The notes: a model not told the origin generated them from the sequence alone. A DNA stretch of 64,000 bases from an uncultured Planctomycetota bacterium (GCA_963823665.1 CAWGMQ010000010.1:352001-416000), one strand, 5' to 3'. Positions 12,267 through 22,992 are shown, counted from the stretch's first letter. Translations and numbers: made by a program.

Positions 12267-14462
12267 ATGGACGACACCTCGAAGAAAGATTCGATCGCCT
12301 GCTATCTGGGGGCAGTTCGTGAAGAGGCGGGACTGACCCAAGCCCAGTTGGCTGGGAAGATCGCTTACAGTCCAGCCAGCATTTCCCGAATTGAGTCCGG
12401 TGATAAGGCAGTCACAGCGGAAGAATTGGATGCGATCCTGAAGGCGATTGGCACGCCGAAGGCTCGTCAGCTTATGGAGTTCACCAAACAAAAATGGGAT
12501 GTCCTGGAACGTCCCGACTTTGCTCATCCGAACCGTGATTCCTTATGGTCTGCGAATGTCGGCCTCCGTAAACTGCGAAAACTCCGCAATAACCCAAAAC
12601 TCAAGAACGTCGTCGTGCGTCAAATCGACCTGTACGAAAAGGAAATCCGGCGACTGGCCGGGTTTCTTGAGTCCTGCGCTCACCAGATCGCATTCATCGG
12701 CAGTATCGGTGTCGGCAAGTCCACCGCCATCTGCAAACTGGCTGGGTTGCTCAAGCCAGATGAGTCGAGATTAGAGCGAGAGATTGTCCTGGACACGGGG
12801 GCGGGTGGGACGACGATCTGCCAGGTCCACATTAACCAGGGTCCGCAGTACGGGCTTCGTATTGAGCCCAGGTCGGATGCGAGCATTCGACGAGATGTCG
12901 AGGATTTCGCCGAGTACCTCCTGTATCTAACCCGTGGCCCCTCACCAGTCCCGAAGGCAGACGGAGCCCAAGATGATTCGCCCGGCATCTCAAAAGAGGT
13001 GGAACGGGCAATCCGCAATCTGTCTGGTCTCGTCGAGAAAAAACACAAAGATGAGACGGGCAAAATAATTCGCCACGATCCCGCACGAGAGTTGGCGACT
13101 GAATTCGCTCAGATCGACGAGCTTACGATCGAGATTCTCACGAGGATGGACTTGGTGCGTCGGTCAAAGAGGGACGCCTGGTTTCAACAGGATTGCGGCG
13201 TACCTCCGATGCAGTGGCTACAGAAGATGTTCTCAGATGTGAACAACGGCAGAAGTCCAGAGTTCACCATCCCAGACAAAATCGAAGTGCTATTGCCCGA
13301 GCACGTTTTGTCATCGCCCGACTACTCGTGCGAGATTATCGATACAAGGGGGATCTCACAGGACGCCTACGCTGCTCGCCAAGACTTGGATTCACACTTC
13401 GACGACCCTCGCACTCTGGTGGTGCTCTGCTCCACCTTCCTCCAAGCACCAGAGGTCAATGTCCAGACGCTGCTGAGACGTGCGAAGGAAGGTGGGTTAA
13501 GAGACGTGGAGTCGAAGACCATAGTTCTCGTGCTTCCCCACGATGATGAGGCTTGCAAGGTCAAAGACAACGCAGGCAATTTCGTCGAGACTGATGAAGA
13601 GGGTTACGAGTTGAAGGCTGAAGCGGTAAATCTCGCCCTAACGCAGATGGGGTTCGGTCAGGCGATTGTTCGGTTCTTCAACTCGAAGCAGGATTCTCCC
13701 GAGCCGGTGCTTAAGGCCCTTTTGGCGCAGGTAACCGAGCTTCGCCGCATTTACGCCGCCAGGATCGTCCAATTTGTCCAGGCGGTCGATCTTGTGATCG
13801 AGGACCAAGAGAACGAAGAGGTAAGGCACATCTTCGAGACGGTTGGACACCATCTTTCCGCTTGGGTGGAAAGCCATCGAGAACTGCGCTGGGACGGTCG
13901 GCCTGTCCAGGAATCGCTGATCACTGCAATCGACAACACACCACGTGCTCCCACTGTCTGGGCTTCCGTGAGGCGCAATGGCATCTGGGATAACCTCAAT
14001 TATTACCACCATCTTGGCTTCGGCGCACGTCGCATCGCTGTAGGCGTGGTTGGCAGTAAGATCGAGGATTTGAAGAAAAACCTTCAAGACCTAATGAAAA
14101 ACGATCAGTTTTCGCCCGCCCAAACCTTCGTCGGTGGAGTGCTTGCCCGCTTAGAGAATGAAGTTGACGAGGTCTACAAGCGAATGCAGTTTGTCGGTGC
14201 TGAAGTGTTCAAGACCGACGTCCAGCGGGACTACGACTTCTGGAACAAGTGCAATCGTCGTTGGGGTCAGGGGCGTGGTTTTCGGGATGCCATCCGAGAC
14301 TACACCGCTAGTCAATTCAAGTCGAATTACGAGGACGCTCACCTCCGCATTAAGGAATTGATCGGCCGTGAGTGGGAAAAGCTCGTCAGCCTCCTCAACG
14401 GGATGATTCGGGACGAGGTGAAGCAGCTTGAGGCTGTGTCATCGGGGGCGCTAGAGAACTGA
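12267..14462 (+). CDS. XRE-HTH fused to a dynamin-like P-loop GTPase with helical C-terminus
   Basis: REEAGLTQAQLAGKI..ISRIESG HTH; G1 GSIGVGKST, G2-like GGTT, G3 IIDTRG. Confidence 0.65.
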   Translation: MDDTSKKDSIACYLGAVREEAGLTQAQLAGKIAYSPASISRIESGDKAVTAEELDAILKAIGTPKARQLMEFTKQKWDVLERPDFAHPNRDSLWSANVGLRKLRKLRNNPKLKNVVVRQIDLYEKEIRRLAGFLESCAHQIAFIGSIGVGKSTAICKLAGLLKPDESRLEREIVLDTGAGGTTICQVHINQGPQYGLRIEPRSDASIRRDVEDFAEYLLYLTRGPSPVPKADGAQDDSPGISKEVERAIRNLSGLVEKKHKDETGKIIRHDPARELATEFAQIDELTIEILTRMDLVRRSKRDAWFQQDCGVPPMQWLQKMFSDVNNGRSPEFTIPDKIEVLLPEHVLSSPDYSCEIIDTRGISQDAYAARQDLDSHFDDPRTLVVLCSTFLQAPEVNVQTLLRRAKEGGLRDVESKTIVLVLPHDDEACKVKDNAGNFVETDEEGYELKAEAVNLALTQMGFGQAIVRFFNSKQDSPEPVLKALLAQVTELRRIYAARIVQFVQAVDLVIEDQENEEVRHIFETVGHHLSAWVESHRELRWDGRPVQESLITAIDNTPRAPTVWASVRRNGIWDNLNYYHHLGFGARRIAVGVVGSKIEDLKKNLQDLMKNDQFSPAQTFVGGVLARLENEVDEVYKRMQFVGAEVFKTDVQRDYDFWNKCNRRWGQGRGFRDAIRDYTASQFKSNYEDAHLRIKELIGREWEKLVSLLNGMIRDEVKQLEAVSSGALEN

Positions 14463-14578
14463 TCCCCGAACGAAGTGCGAAGCGGTGTGGATCTAGCGAA
14501 CCGCCCATAGCGCTTTGGCTTCAGTAGATGGGAGTTGCTCGTCTCAGCACCTTCGTTTATGAGAAAGCGTCTTAAGAA

Positions 14579-15325
14579 ATGGCTGATGAAGTTCGATGCG
14601 CAAGTTGCAACAGCATGGTTTCCGAAGAGTCTTCGCCTTGTCCGAAGTGTGGCGATACTCACAAGACCATATCAGTCTCCGCAAAAACTGGATTCAGGGT
14701 GTTCAATGAGCTTGGAATGCAAGCCCGAGATGTGGGTGACCGGCTCCGTCGTGAATATCAATCGAGGGCAGATGGAACTAAGGAGGGAATCATCGATCGA
14801 GATCTCTCTGGCCCCGAGGAGATCATCCGCCGTTTTGGTACCCGCTCTGGGCCGCTCCGGAACTTCGATGAGGAGATCAAGTATGTCGAGACGTTCGTCT
14901 CGGCTCTCAACCTGCATTTGGGCCGCTCGTATGAGATTGAGGCCAAGGCAAAGGAGGACTCAGACTTCCCCGATCGCTGGCTGATTGATCAAGCCCTCCC
15001 TGAAGAGTCGCCCGATCGCAGAGTCGGCGTCGAGGTCACTAATCTCGACCAGAATGCCATCGAAGGGCTCAATCGAGACGAGCGATTTGATGCTTCGGGC
15101 TCGATCGAAACGATCGTGGATTCGACCGCCCATGCGGTCCTAAAGAAGTGTAAAATCGAACCGGCAGCCGCATCTCGCACCTATCTGCTTCTGACGTGCC
15201 CTTATCCAATTACGCCGACCATGCACGACGAATTCAGAAAGCACTTCCTGTTCAAGTCACCCAAGAAATACTTCAGGGAGGTCTGGGTTGCGCCCTTCAA
15301 AGAACCGGCCTTCCGAATCCTATAA
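14579..15325 (+). CDS. Zn-ribbon + putative PD-(D/E)XK nuclease-like protein
   Basis: CASC..CPKC at N-terminus; DFPDRWL...VGVEVT. Confidence 0.5.
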   Translation: MADEVRCASCNSMVSEESSPCPKCGDTHKTISVSAKTGFRVFNELGMQARDVGDRLRREYQSRADGTKEGIIDRDLSGPEEIIRRFGTRSGPLRNFDEEIKYVETFVSALNLHLGRSYEIEAKAKEDSDFPDRWLIDQALPEESPDRRVGVEVTNLDQNAIEGLNRDERFDASGSIETIVDSTAHAVLKKCKIEPAAASRTYLLLTCPYPITPTMHDEFRKHFLFKSPKKYFREVWVAPFKEPAFRIL

Positions 15326-15493
15326 AACTAATCTGGCGGAAGACGGGAGACCGGCCCAGAGCCAGACAATTGGGGCGTGCGCTTGTTCGTCGCAATGACT
15401 GCTGGGCGGACCGGTGGACCGGTGTCTCCCACGGTTCAACGGTGTTATTATGACGTCTGTAGCCGTTTTGATTTGAGCGACGGAAAAAATCGA

Positions 15494-16042
15494 ATGTCAG
15501 ACAGAGATCCAGATGACAACGAAGCCGGCCCAGTCAAAGCTCGGGGAGCATCGCTTCGTGCGTTGGATGTCGGGCTCACGATTAGCGAATCGACAGTCAG
15601 GGACTTGTTTGAGGAACTGCGTCGGCTGATCAGGGAAACGGTAAGAGAAGAGTTTTCACAACAAAACTCAAGGGTCCATGAATCAAAGAATCAGGACGCC
15701 TTGCGAGATCAGCCGAAGCCGCTCCCAGGAGGGATTGAACTGCCAACGACCGAGCAATTGAAGGCAAAGGACCTTCGGATGGCGCTGCTCCTCGGCAAGT
15801 TGCCAGAGGATTCTGGTTTGCTGATCGATATGAACACGACCGCCAAACTCTTGAGCATTACCAGGCGAACGCTCGATCGTATGGTCTCGGCGCACGAGAT
15901 TCCCTCGCCAATCTGCATCACCGGCAGAATGAAACGTTGGCGGCTAACTGAATTACTCGAATGGATTGAGGCGGGTTGCCCGCACCCGAACCATTGGTCG
16001 TATAGCTCGGACTCCGGGGTGCGTAGGAAGGTGAAGAAGTAA
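15494..16042 (+). CDS. AlpA/excisionase-like HTH protein
   Basis: TAKLLSITRRTLDRMV..IPSPI..RWRLTELLEWIEAGCP. Confidence 0.75.
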   Translation: MSDRDPDDNEAGPVKARGASLRALDVGLTISESTVRDLFEELRRLIRETVREEFSQQNSRVHESKNQDALRDQPKPLPGGIELPTTEQLKAKDLRMALLLGKLPEDSGLLIDMNTTAKLLSITRRTLDRMVSAHEIPSPICITGRMKRWRLTELLEWIEAGCPHPNHWSYSSDSGVRRKVKK

Positions 16043-16064
16043 AACGGAAGGAGAGGGTTGATTC

Positions 16065-16367
16065 GTGGGATCTCGCACGTACCGTCACATTCTAAGACCC
16101 TCGGTAGACTGCCTTCGGCAGCAAGGCAAATTCTTGATCGGCACCAAAGGCTTAGCCGAGTTCCTCGGCGTCGAACGGAAGATCATCCAGCAACTCATTT
16201 ACTGCGACCGAATCCCCCTTCCAGTGAGTCTTGGACTTGCGGAATGTCATCGTTGGAGCGTGATCGAGCTACTGGAATGGTTAGAGGCGGGTTGCCCCCG
16301 TCGAACCAAATGGATCGAGGCACGGGGCCAAAGCGGATGGTCTCCCTACTGGCGAACACGACCTTGA
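16065..16367 (+). CDS. Second AlpA/excisionase-like HTH protein
   Basis: LAEFLGV..IPLPVSLG..RWSVIELLEWLEAGCP; paralogous to the upstream gene. Confidence 0.7.
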   Translation: MGSRTYRHILRPSVDCLRQQGKFLIGTKGLAEFLGVERKIIQQLIYCDRIPLPVSLGLAECHRWSVIELLEWLEAGCPRRTKWIEARGQSGWSPYWRTRP

Positions 16368-16738
16368 TGACATGGAAGAGTTCCTGCCACCAGACTGCGT
16401 TTTTTTCGGCGGCGGATTTTCCGGACCTCGACTTTCTGGTGATTCTTGTAGCCCCCTGCGGAAAGCTCGGAAGTTTGAAGTAACAAATAAGGAAACCACC
16501 TCGTAACTGTTCCACCCGCCCCCCATCGGTATCCTTTTTTTCACAAATAAACCTGGAATTGTTGCTTCAAAAACTACGGTACAGACCCGCCCTCGTGGTG
16601 CCCTCTCAACTCTCACACATATCTCCTTGGTGTCAATTGGTAGCCTGATTTCCCCGCTCCTTGCTGTCGTCTAGGTGCAGGTGATCCTGCCGCCCGGTCA
16701 ACCTCAAGAATCGACTGAATAATGTTCAGCCGATTGCG

Positions 16739-17344
16739 TTACTCGGCGCTGTGCGTATGGCTCAGTACCCGGTAGATCGTTGGCCGAGAGAGTCCGGTAA
16801 TGCGGGCGATTTTGGCGATCGGCGTCCTCGCCGCTTTCATCTCTTGGATCGCACTGACTTGCTCATCGGTAACCCGCCATCGCCAACCCTTCTCGCTCCC
16901 GCCCCAAGTTTTGCCTTTCCGCCTGGCAACCTCTTGCCCGGCGTGAATCCGCTCTCCCCTGACCTCCGTCTCATACTCAGCGACCGATGCAAGAATTCGG
17001 GCGTGAAGCCGCCCGGCCGGTGATGAAAGAGTGAACCCGTCCTTGAGAGAGACGAGATCGACTTTCCTTTCCTGGAGTTCGTCAAACAACTGGCAAAGCC
17101 CTTGGGTCGTTCTCCCCAAACGATCCAGCCGCCAGACCACGATGCGGCTAAGTCGGCCGGCTCGCAATTCCGCCAGGAGCCGATCCATACCCGGTCTGTT
17201 CATCGTGCGCCCGGTGAACGTGTCTCGGAACCACTCAACGGGACCATCATGAGCTTCCACCCACCGTTCCAGGTCGGGCAACTGGCTGGCGTGGGTCTGA
17301 TCTCGATGGCTGACCCGGACGTAGTTGGCGGTGATCTTGGACAT
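16739..17344 (-). CDS. Serine recombinase (resolvase/invertase) with C-terminal HTH
   Basis: YVRVS catalytic Ser, RPGM, VWRLDRLGR, IARITGLSRPTIYR. Confidence 0.93.
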   Translation of the reverse strand: MSKITANYVRVSHRDQTHASQLPDLERWVEAHDGPVEWFRDTFTGRTMNRPGMDRLLAELRAGRLSRIVVWRLDRLGRTTQGLCQLFDELQERKVDLVSLKDGFTLSSPAGRLHARILASVAEYETEVRGERIHAGQEVARRKGKTWGGSEKGWRWRVTDEQVSAIQEMKAARTPIAKIARITGLSRPTIYRVLSHTHSAE

Positions 17345-17523
17345 CTATGTGAGACCCGAATTGTAAACTGTCGATTACAAGCGACACGATGCGCCGACTC
17401 TGACTATGAGATCCCGTTTTTTCCAGCGTCTGGACGAGCCGTTTTGGAGTATAGTGAGACGTTACACTTTCAGCTTGTCTGAATTGATCGGGCAGGCATC
17501 GCTTCCTGCCCTTGTCGTTGGTG

Positions 17524-17745
17524 TCATTCTGCCGGCGTACCGCTCCAGGTGATGTGACAGTTGTTGATGAACCGGCAGATCCAAGGGCCACCCTTGCCCT
17601 TTTGTAGTGCTTGGAACACCACGTCTCCATCGTGGTAAGCCTTGGCTGTTCCACCAGACTTGTCGTGTTCCACATAGCAGCCTTTGCTTACTGCATCACG
17701 CAGGATCGATTCGACTGCGTTGGTCGTCAAAAGTGCGACTGGCAT
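17524..17745 (-). CDS. Small hypothetical protein
   Basis: ORF starting MPVALL, 50 nt from the leader motif; TGA stop lies in the next motif. Confidence 0.6.
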   Translation of the reverse strand: MPVALLTTNAVESILRDAVSKGCYVEHDKSGGTAKAYHDGDVVFQALQKGKGGPWICRFINNCHITWSGTPAE

Positions 17746-17798
17746 AGGTCTTTCTTCTGGTAAGAGGGGCGTCGTTCCCAACGCCCCCTTCACCGGTG

Positions 17799-18050
17799 TC
17801 ACTTTTTATGCGGCTCGAAGCCGTAGTAGAACCGAGGACTGTGTTGGAAGAAGAGACTGCCCTTTTGGTTGTCGGACTTCCTTGTCACCACCACGACTGG
17901 TGCCATGAATCCGATGACGTCGAAGTCATCGGACAACTTGGACGTGTTCCACACTTGCCCGTGCTTGGCTTCCAAGTACTCCCTAGAGCCGGGTTCGGCA
18001 TTGATCTCGGCAACCATTTCCTTGCGGATCGACTCGGTTGAATCGGTCAT
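17799..18050 (-). CDS. Small hypothetical mobile-element protein
   Basis: MTDSTES start with AAGGA RBS; FDVIGFMAPVVVVTRKSD..GSLFFQHSPRFY. Confidence 0.7.
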   Translation of the reverse strand: MTDSTESIRKEMVAEINAEPGSREYLEAKHGQVWNTSKLSDDFDVIGFMAPVVVVTRKSDNQKGSLFFQHSPRFYYGFEPHKK

Positions 18051-18135
18051 ACGTATTCCTTTCGGGTTGAAGGGCGTTGATCTCACATCGCTCTCGACGG
18101 TGTCAGTTTGAAACGGGACGGAACGGATCGCCGGT

Positions 18136-18438
18136 TCAATATTCCTCGGGCCTCAAAGTCGTCGTGCAATAACGGAGACCGACCTCGTTGACCGCCTCGG
18201 TGATGACCCAGAGGCGCTCCCCCTTTCGGGTCACATACGCCGACAGGATTCGGCTTCCATTGATCAACGCCGCATCGTTGGCCTGGCGATCCTCTTCGTC
18301 GAGGTCGCCCCAATCGCCGGTGACGTGCCTGGCGAGGAACTCGCCCGCCGTTTGACCGGCATTCTGAAGGGCTTCAAGGGCACCAGGCGTGGCGACGATC
18401 CGCCCGATGCTGAATTTCTTGGTCTCATTGGGACTCAC
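18136..18438 (-). CDS. Small hypothetical protein of a type common on plasmids/ICEs
   Basis: GRIVATPGA..RHVTGDWGD..RILSAY..LWVITEA..TTLRPEEY. Confidence 0.75.
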   Translation of the reverse strand: MSPNETKKFSIGRIVATPGALEALQNAGQTAGEFLARHVTGDWGDLDEEDRQANDAALINGSRILSAYVTRKGERLWVITEAVNEVGLRYCTTTLRPEEY

Positions 18439-18529
18439 TTTGTCTCTCCTGAGTTGGACTTGTCGTTGTTTACGGTTTGAAAGGCGGTGTCGGGTGGGAT
18501 GCTGCTACCACCGCCTACCCGTGACTTGT

Positions 18530-18964
18530 TAGCAGTCGGCGTATTCGCTCTCGTTTGGTTCACCGTGCAAGGATCGGCCTCATCCTCGGCGTCGATCTGT
18601 GACCAATATTCAGCCAGGGTGAGCGCTTCATGGCGGGCTTGGTCTTCGGTCGCAATCCGTCAGTAGTTCACCACGGAAGAGCATGCCGTCGTCGCCCAGG
18701 GCGTAGCCGATCACGAACCGACCATGAGTCAGCCTGAACATCAGGGCGATGGAGCCGTCGTGAAACTGCCGAATGATCTTCGCTGCGACAGGCGAGCATC
18801 GTGCTGCCGTCCCAGCGGGTCAGGCTGATGAACCCATGACGGTGGCGGGTGTAACCCGTTACATTGCGACCATTTATCGATGAGCCGAAGGCGGCGAAGA
18901 CATGACCGTTATGGGTTACGATCCCGATCTCAAGTTGCCCACGCCGTTCGCACTTTGTCTGCAT
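18530..18964 (-). CDS. Hypothetical protein, probably frameshifted; 3' end approximate
   Basis: Start with GGAGG RBS (ORF 18668-18964); coding-like sequence appears to continue in another frame. Confidence 0.4.
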
Positions 18965-19012
18965 GGTGATCCTCCCGTTGAGGTGTTGTTGGTTACGGGA
19001 GGATCGGCGGTG

Positions 19013-19949
19013 TCAATTGCTGCGTTGCTTGGCGAGCAGGCGGAAGAACGAAGCCCGGCTCTTGCCGGTGACACGGCACCAAAATGCCTGTTGATCACTT
19101 ACAGAACTTGGGAAATGTTCGATGGCTTGCTCAAGAGTGCGAAGTTCTTGAACCTTGGCGTCGATTCGGCGTGATGTGTCTTCCTTGTGGACCAGGCTCT
19201 TTAGTTGCGTGAGTACCAAGTGTCGCCAGTCGAGAACCCTCTGATCGGGCGTAGAGAACTTTCTTGAAGGACGGTTCCAGCAACCGCATCGAAAGCGCCC
19301 GGTCGTCGCCGTTGCGTTCGATAAAATCGACCACCTCCAGACAATCGCCTGGACTCAAAGATTCAAAGCCCGCCAATGCAATTCGTCGCATCAACTCCAG
19401 AACCTCTTCCCGGCTCGCTTCCAGCGAGAAGATATCGACTCGGGATAACACGGCTTTGAAGGCGTCGTTGCGCTTCGGGACGATATTGGCACAAAATATG
19501 AGCCTGCTCTCGAAGACAAATGAAGCAGGCAAGTCATCCAACTGGCTTGACGAGTAGGTCAAGATGCGGGGAGTACCCCACAATGCCGACCGTAACAGTC
19601 CGAGGTGCGCCATCGAACTGAAGATGCTGTCAACGTCGTCAAAAAAAATCACTTTGCCCTGACGGTTATGGTAGAGGCATGCGTATAAGCTTAGAGGGGT
19701 TATGTGACTGTTCACAAGAATCGGTAATACGCCTTCGTCGGCAAGCGTGCGAACAACAGTCCGTGATTTTCCAAGGCCCCCCGTTGAGCCATACACGAAC
19801 AGCCCCACGCTCATGCCACGTGCCAACAACCGAACGTGGTGCGCCAAGAGGTCCTGGCGTTGCTCAAGGGCGGTTAGCGGTCCCTCGTCTGTGACTAAGT
19901 TGGCGGTATCGTCTTGGATTTGCGTGATCAGGTTCAAAGTGGTCTGCAT
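19013..19949 (-). CDS. P-loop ATPase with C-terminal HTH-like tail; frameshift near 19235
   Basis: GSTGGLGKS Walker A, IFFDDVD Walker B; continues in ORF 19013-19219 (GKSRASFFRLL); paralog at 55636-56655. Confidence 0.7.
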
Positions 19950-20003
19950 GGCGATGGTCCGAGTTAGATTGAAAGGGTGTTCCTCTCAGCCCTTTCGTCG
20001 GTG

Positions 20004-20183
20004 TCAGGCGGCGTGCTGGACTCGCCGGATGATCAACGGGCGACGAACAGTGGTGGGCAATTCCTTTGTCAATTCCCGCCTCTCCCGAACGTGTGAGGGG
20101 ACAGGAACGGAAACGGCGATGGCAGCTTGACGGCGGACAACCAAGGCTTCAGCGGGCGATCCGGGGCGAATCTTGATCAGCAT
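20004..20183 (-). CDS. 59-aa hypothetical protein (below the ORF-track cutoff)
   Basis: MLIKIRPGSP...VQHAA*; ATG 42 nt from the motif at 20225; TGA inside the motif at 20000. Confidence 0.5.
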   Translation of the reverse strand: MLIKIRPGSPAEALVVRRQAAIAVSVPVPSHVRERRELTKELPTTVRRPLIIRRVQHAA

Positions 20184-20279
20184 CTCTCTGACTCCAGGGG
20201 TGATTTCCTCACACCCCTTTCGTCGGTGTCGATCGGAGGATTCTGGGGGGCGTTCGTTTCGCCCCCCGTGTCTCCGTTG

Positions 20280-21172
20280 TCACCCAGGCGTTTCACCGAA
20301 AGACTTATCCCAGTACTTGGCCATCTGGTCGTCCGACTTCTTACCCGCCAAGTAATCCAGCACATACGAGGCAAGTTTGTGTCCCGGATCGGCAGGACCG
20401 GTCTTACCTTCCAGGAACGCCCTCAATTGCTTGAGGTTCCTCGTAACGGGTCCACCGTGACCGGTTGCCTCATGGTCCTCCTGACGTTTTTCTTTGATCT
20501 TGGCGGCCGTGACTTTTCCGCCACTGGACGCAACTTCGTCGAATGTCTTGACTTGTTTGTCGGTCGGCACTTTGGTCAATTCCAAAGCAGCCGATACGGG
20601 GGTTTTCCCTTTCGCCACACTTTCTTGGATATGCGTGGGCAACATCACGAGGTTGAGCAGGTTCGAGAGCCACTTCTCAGACCGCTTGAGCCGTCCCGAG
20701 ACTTGCTTGAGGGTTAAACCATAGTCCTCGGTTAGTGACCGAACTGCATGGGCCAACTGAATCGGTTTGGGGTCTTCCCGTTGTATGTTCTCACTAATGT
20801 TGACGAGTGCTGCCTCGGCATCGGAGAGGCGGGAAATCGAGTATTTAATCTTGAAATCGGGACATTCGCCACTCTCGATCAGCCAGAGGGCTGCCCGCAT
20901 ACGTCGAAACCCGCCGATGACTTCCAATCGACGATCAGGAAGGGGACGGACAAGGATCGGATTCAACTGCCCGCTGGTGCCGTCTTCGGTGTCGTTTGAC
21001 CCTTTCTTTGGGAGCATATCCCTGCCAAGTTCGACGAGTGCATCGTCGATCGGCGGTTCTTCGCCACCACGGCTCAGATTCTTCTTCCAGTCGATGACGA
21101 GCGCCTTGGATCGACAAGGAAAATGTCAGAACGTGTAACCTTGTGGTCGCCGGTGTCTGCTGCAAAAGCCAT
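20280..21172 (-). CDS. ParB/Srx-family protein with HTH; frameshift near 21105
   Basis: LNPILVRP..EVIGGFRRMRAA, ENIQRED, YGLTLKQVSGRLKRSEKWLS; start MAFAAD has a GGAG RBS. Confidence 0.82.
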
Positions 21173-21449
21173 AAATCAGTCTCCTGGGTTGTGGTTGTTT
21201 GTCTCGTTTGTCGTCGGTGTCAGTTTTCTAGTGGATTCGTCGTCGCCTTGGTTCGTTGCTGTGTTGAGCCTGCGGTGTCGAGATCGCCGCTCCCTGGATC
21301 GGAATCGGCGATGACTTTCTGGTCGATTGGCGTTGATTTGCATGGATGACGCTCCGTCCAACATTCGTAATGTGTGTGAATAGTCCGAGGCGGTTTGATG
21401 GCTGTCCCGTTCGCACTTCCTTCGACGGTGTCAGTTGATCTGCCTGGGG

Positions 21450-21773
21450 CTAGGGACGGCGAATTTCACCCGCCGAGGTGTAGCCGTAAATCTTGCGGAG
21501 GAACTCGATGGCCTTTGGATCGAGATGAGCTTGGTCGTTGGCGGTGCCGATGATGGTGCCGTCTCGCAGAAATGTGAGATGCCAACCGGCGTGTTCGTTT
21601 ACCTGGACGGCATCCAGGCTGGGGTCGGCAGCGAAGGCTTCCCTGGCAACCTGGCTCATCAGTTCATTGCCCCACTCTGACGGTCCCAAGTAGATCCAGA
21701 GCTTCTTCGCATAGACGTTTCCATTTCGCTCGATGAGCGCCATTACGGGCTCTCCGGTGTTGGTCGAGATCAT
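21450..21773 (-). CDS. Hypothetical protein
   Basis: ORF in the co-oriented cluster, preceded by the leader motif. Confidence 0.55.
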   Translation of the reverse strand: MISTNTGEPVMALIERNGNVYAKKLWIYLGPSEWGNELMSQVAREAFAADPSLDAVQVNEHAGWHLTFLRDGTIIGTANDQAHLDPKAIEFLRKIYGYTSAGEIRRP

Positions 21774-21830
21774 CAGATTCGTCCAATTTTTGTATTTGTG
21801 GTCGTTGGCTCCGTACGGTGATCGTCGGTG

Positions 21831-22232
21831 TCAGTCCGTGTCCCAATCTGAGAGTTGTCTTGGGTCGATGCCTTCGGCGGGCATCCCCTCGCCGTGGTAT
21901 TTCACCGGGAAAGGCACTTCCGACCGTTCCGCACCGTGGATCAGCAAGTGATCCAGGTCGATAACTCGCCCTGACCCGTCAAAGTGGCGGTCGTTCTCGG
22001 GATAGTCAGAGAGGTCGCTATCGGGGACGTGAAGTTGATGACCGTAAGTTGCGTCATCGCTGAGTTCGTCGATGGCATCGGACATGGAGTCGGCTTCGAC
22101 GATGAGGAATAGCGGCGTGTAAGAACCGCCGAGTTCAAGGAGCCACGTCTTGCCGAACCAGCCATCGGGGTTGAGTACGGGGATGTCGGTGAGGTCATGT
22201 CCGTGGAACTTGCATGAGGCGGCGATCTTCAT
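21831..22232 (-). CDS. Acidic hypothetical protein
   Basis: Start MKIAAS with GGAG RBS; TGA stop inside the leader motif. Confidence 0.65.
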   Translation of the reverse strand: MKIAASCKFHGHDLTDIPVLNPDGWFGKTWLLELGGSYTPLFLIVEADSMSDAIDELSDDATYGHQLHVPDSDLSDYPENDRHFDGSGRVIDLDHLLIHGAERSEVPFPVKYHGEGMPAEGIDPRQLSDWDTD

Positions 22233-22284
22233 GGGTTTGCTCCGTCTGGGTGAGTGTTCTTCACACCCACCCCTGCGGTGTCGG

Positions 22285-22950
22285 TTAGCCTCCCTCTTCA
22301 ACCTGCACATATCCCAGGGCATCAAACGCTGCCCTCAGATCGTCTTCTGACGGATACCCGCCCTGATCGTCACGGTTCTCCACACTGCTGGAGCGGTTCT
22401 CGCTCAGCCAGGAATAGACTTCACACTCCCAGCCATCAGGAAGTTCATACTCGTGCTTGACCCGCCATGCGGCATCATTGATGTTTTCGAGGGTCGCTTC
22501 GTATTCACGCCGGGAGTAATCCTCTTCGCTGAGAATCGGGTATCCATCCATTTGTTCGCATAGTTCGTGATAGGTCTTGAACGCTTCCGTAACCTCACCG
22601 TCCCGGTAGACCCTGATGGAAAAACCATCGACGTGACCGACCGCCCAATGACTGTGAGATTCGATCACCACGTCCGGATCGTCTTCGTCCGTGAACGGTT
22701 CCATCGCATCGGCGATGGCATCGGCGTTGGATTGGTCCAGGAGACCGCTGTCACGATTGTGCGTGTAGATGATCGCCCAGTTGTCAGGGTCGTTGAGATC
22801 CCGCTCTCGGTCCCAAACGAAACACTGAAAATGCTGCCAGTTGCCAGCCGCTTCCTTGGCGGCATCTTCGACGGTTAGTTCACCAAGTGCGGTCATCTTG
22901 ATCTCCGTTGGAAGGGGTTTTTTCACGCCCCTTTCGGTGGTGTCGGTCAT
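22285..22950 (-). CDS. Acidic hypothetical mobile-element protein (start may be MTALGEL near 22896)
   Basis: HWAVGHVD, YPILSEEDYS motifs; very acidic composition. Confidence 0.7.
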   Translation of the reverse strand: MTDTTERGVKKPLPTEIKMTALGELTVEDAAKEAAGNWQHFQCFVWDRERDLNDPDNWAIIYTHNRDSGLLDQSNADAIADAMEPFTDEDDPDVVIESHSHWAVGHVDGFSIRVYRDGEVTEAFKTYHELCEQMDGYPILSEEDYSRREYEATLENINDAAWRVKHEYELPDGWECEVYSWLSENRSSSVENRDDQGGYPSEDDLRAAFDALGYVQVEEGG

Positions 22951-22992
22951 GCGTGATCAGAGACAACGAAGTCGCAGGCGAGATGCGCTCTG

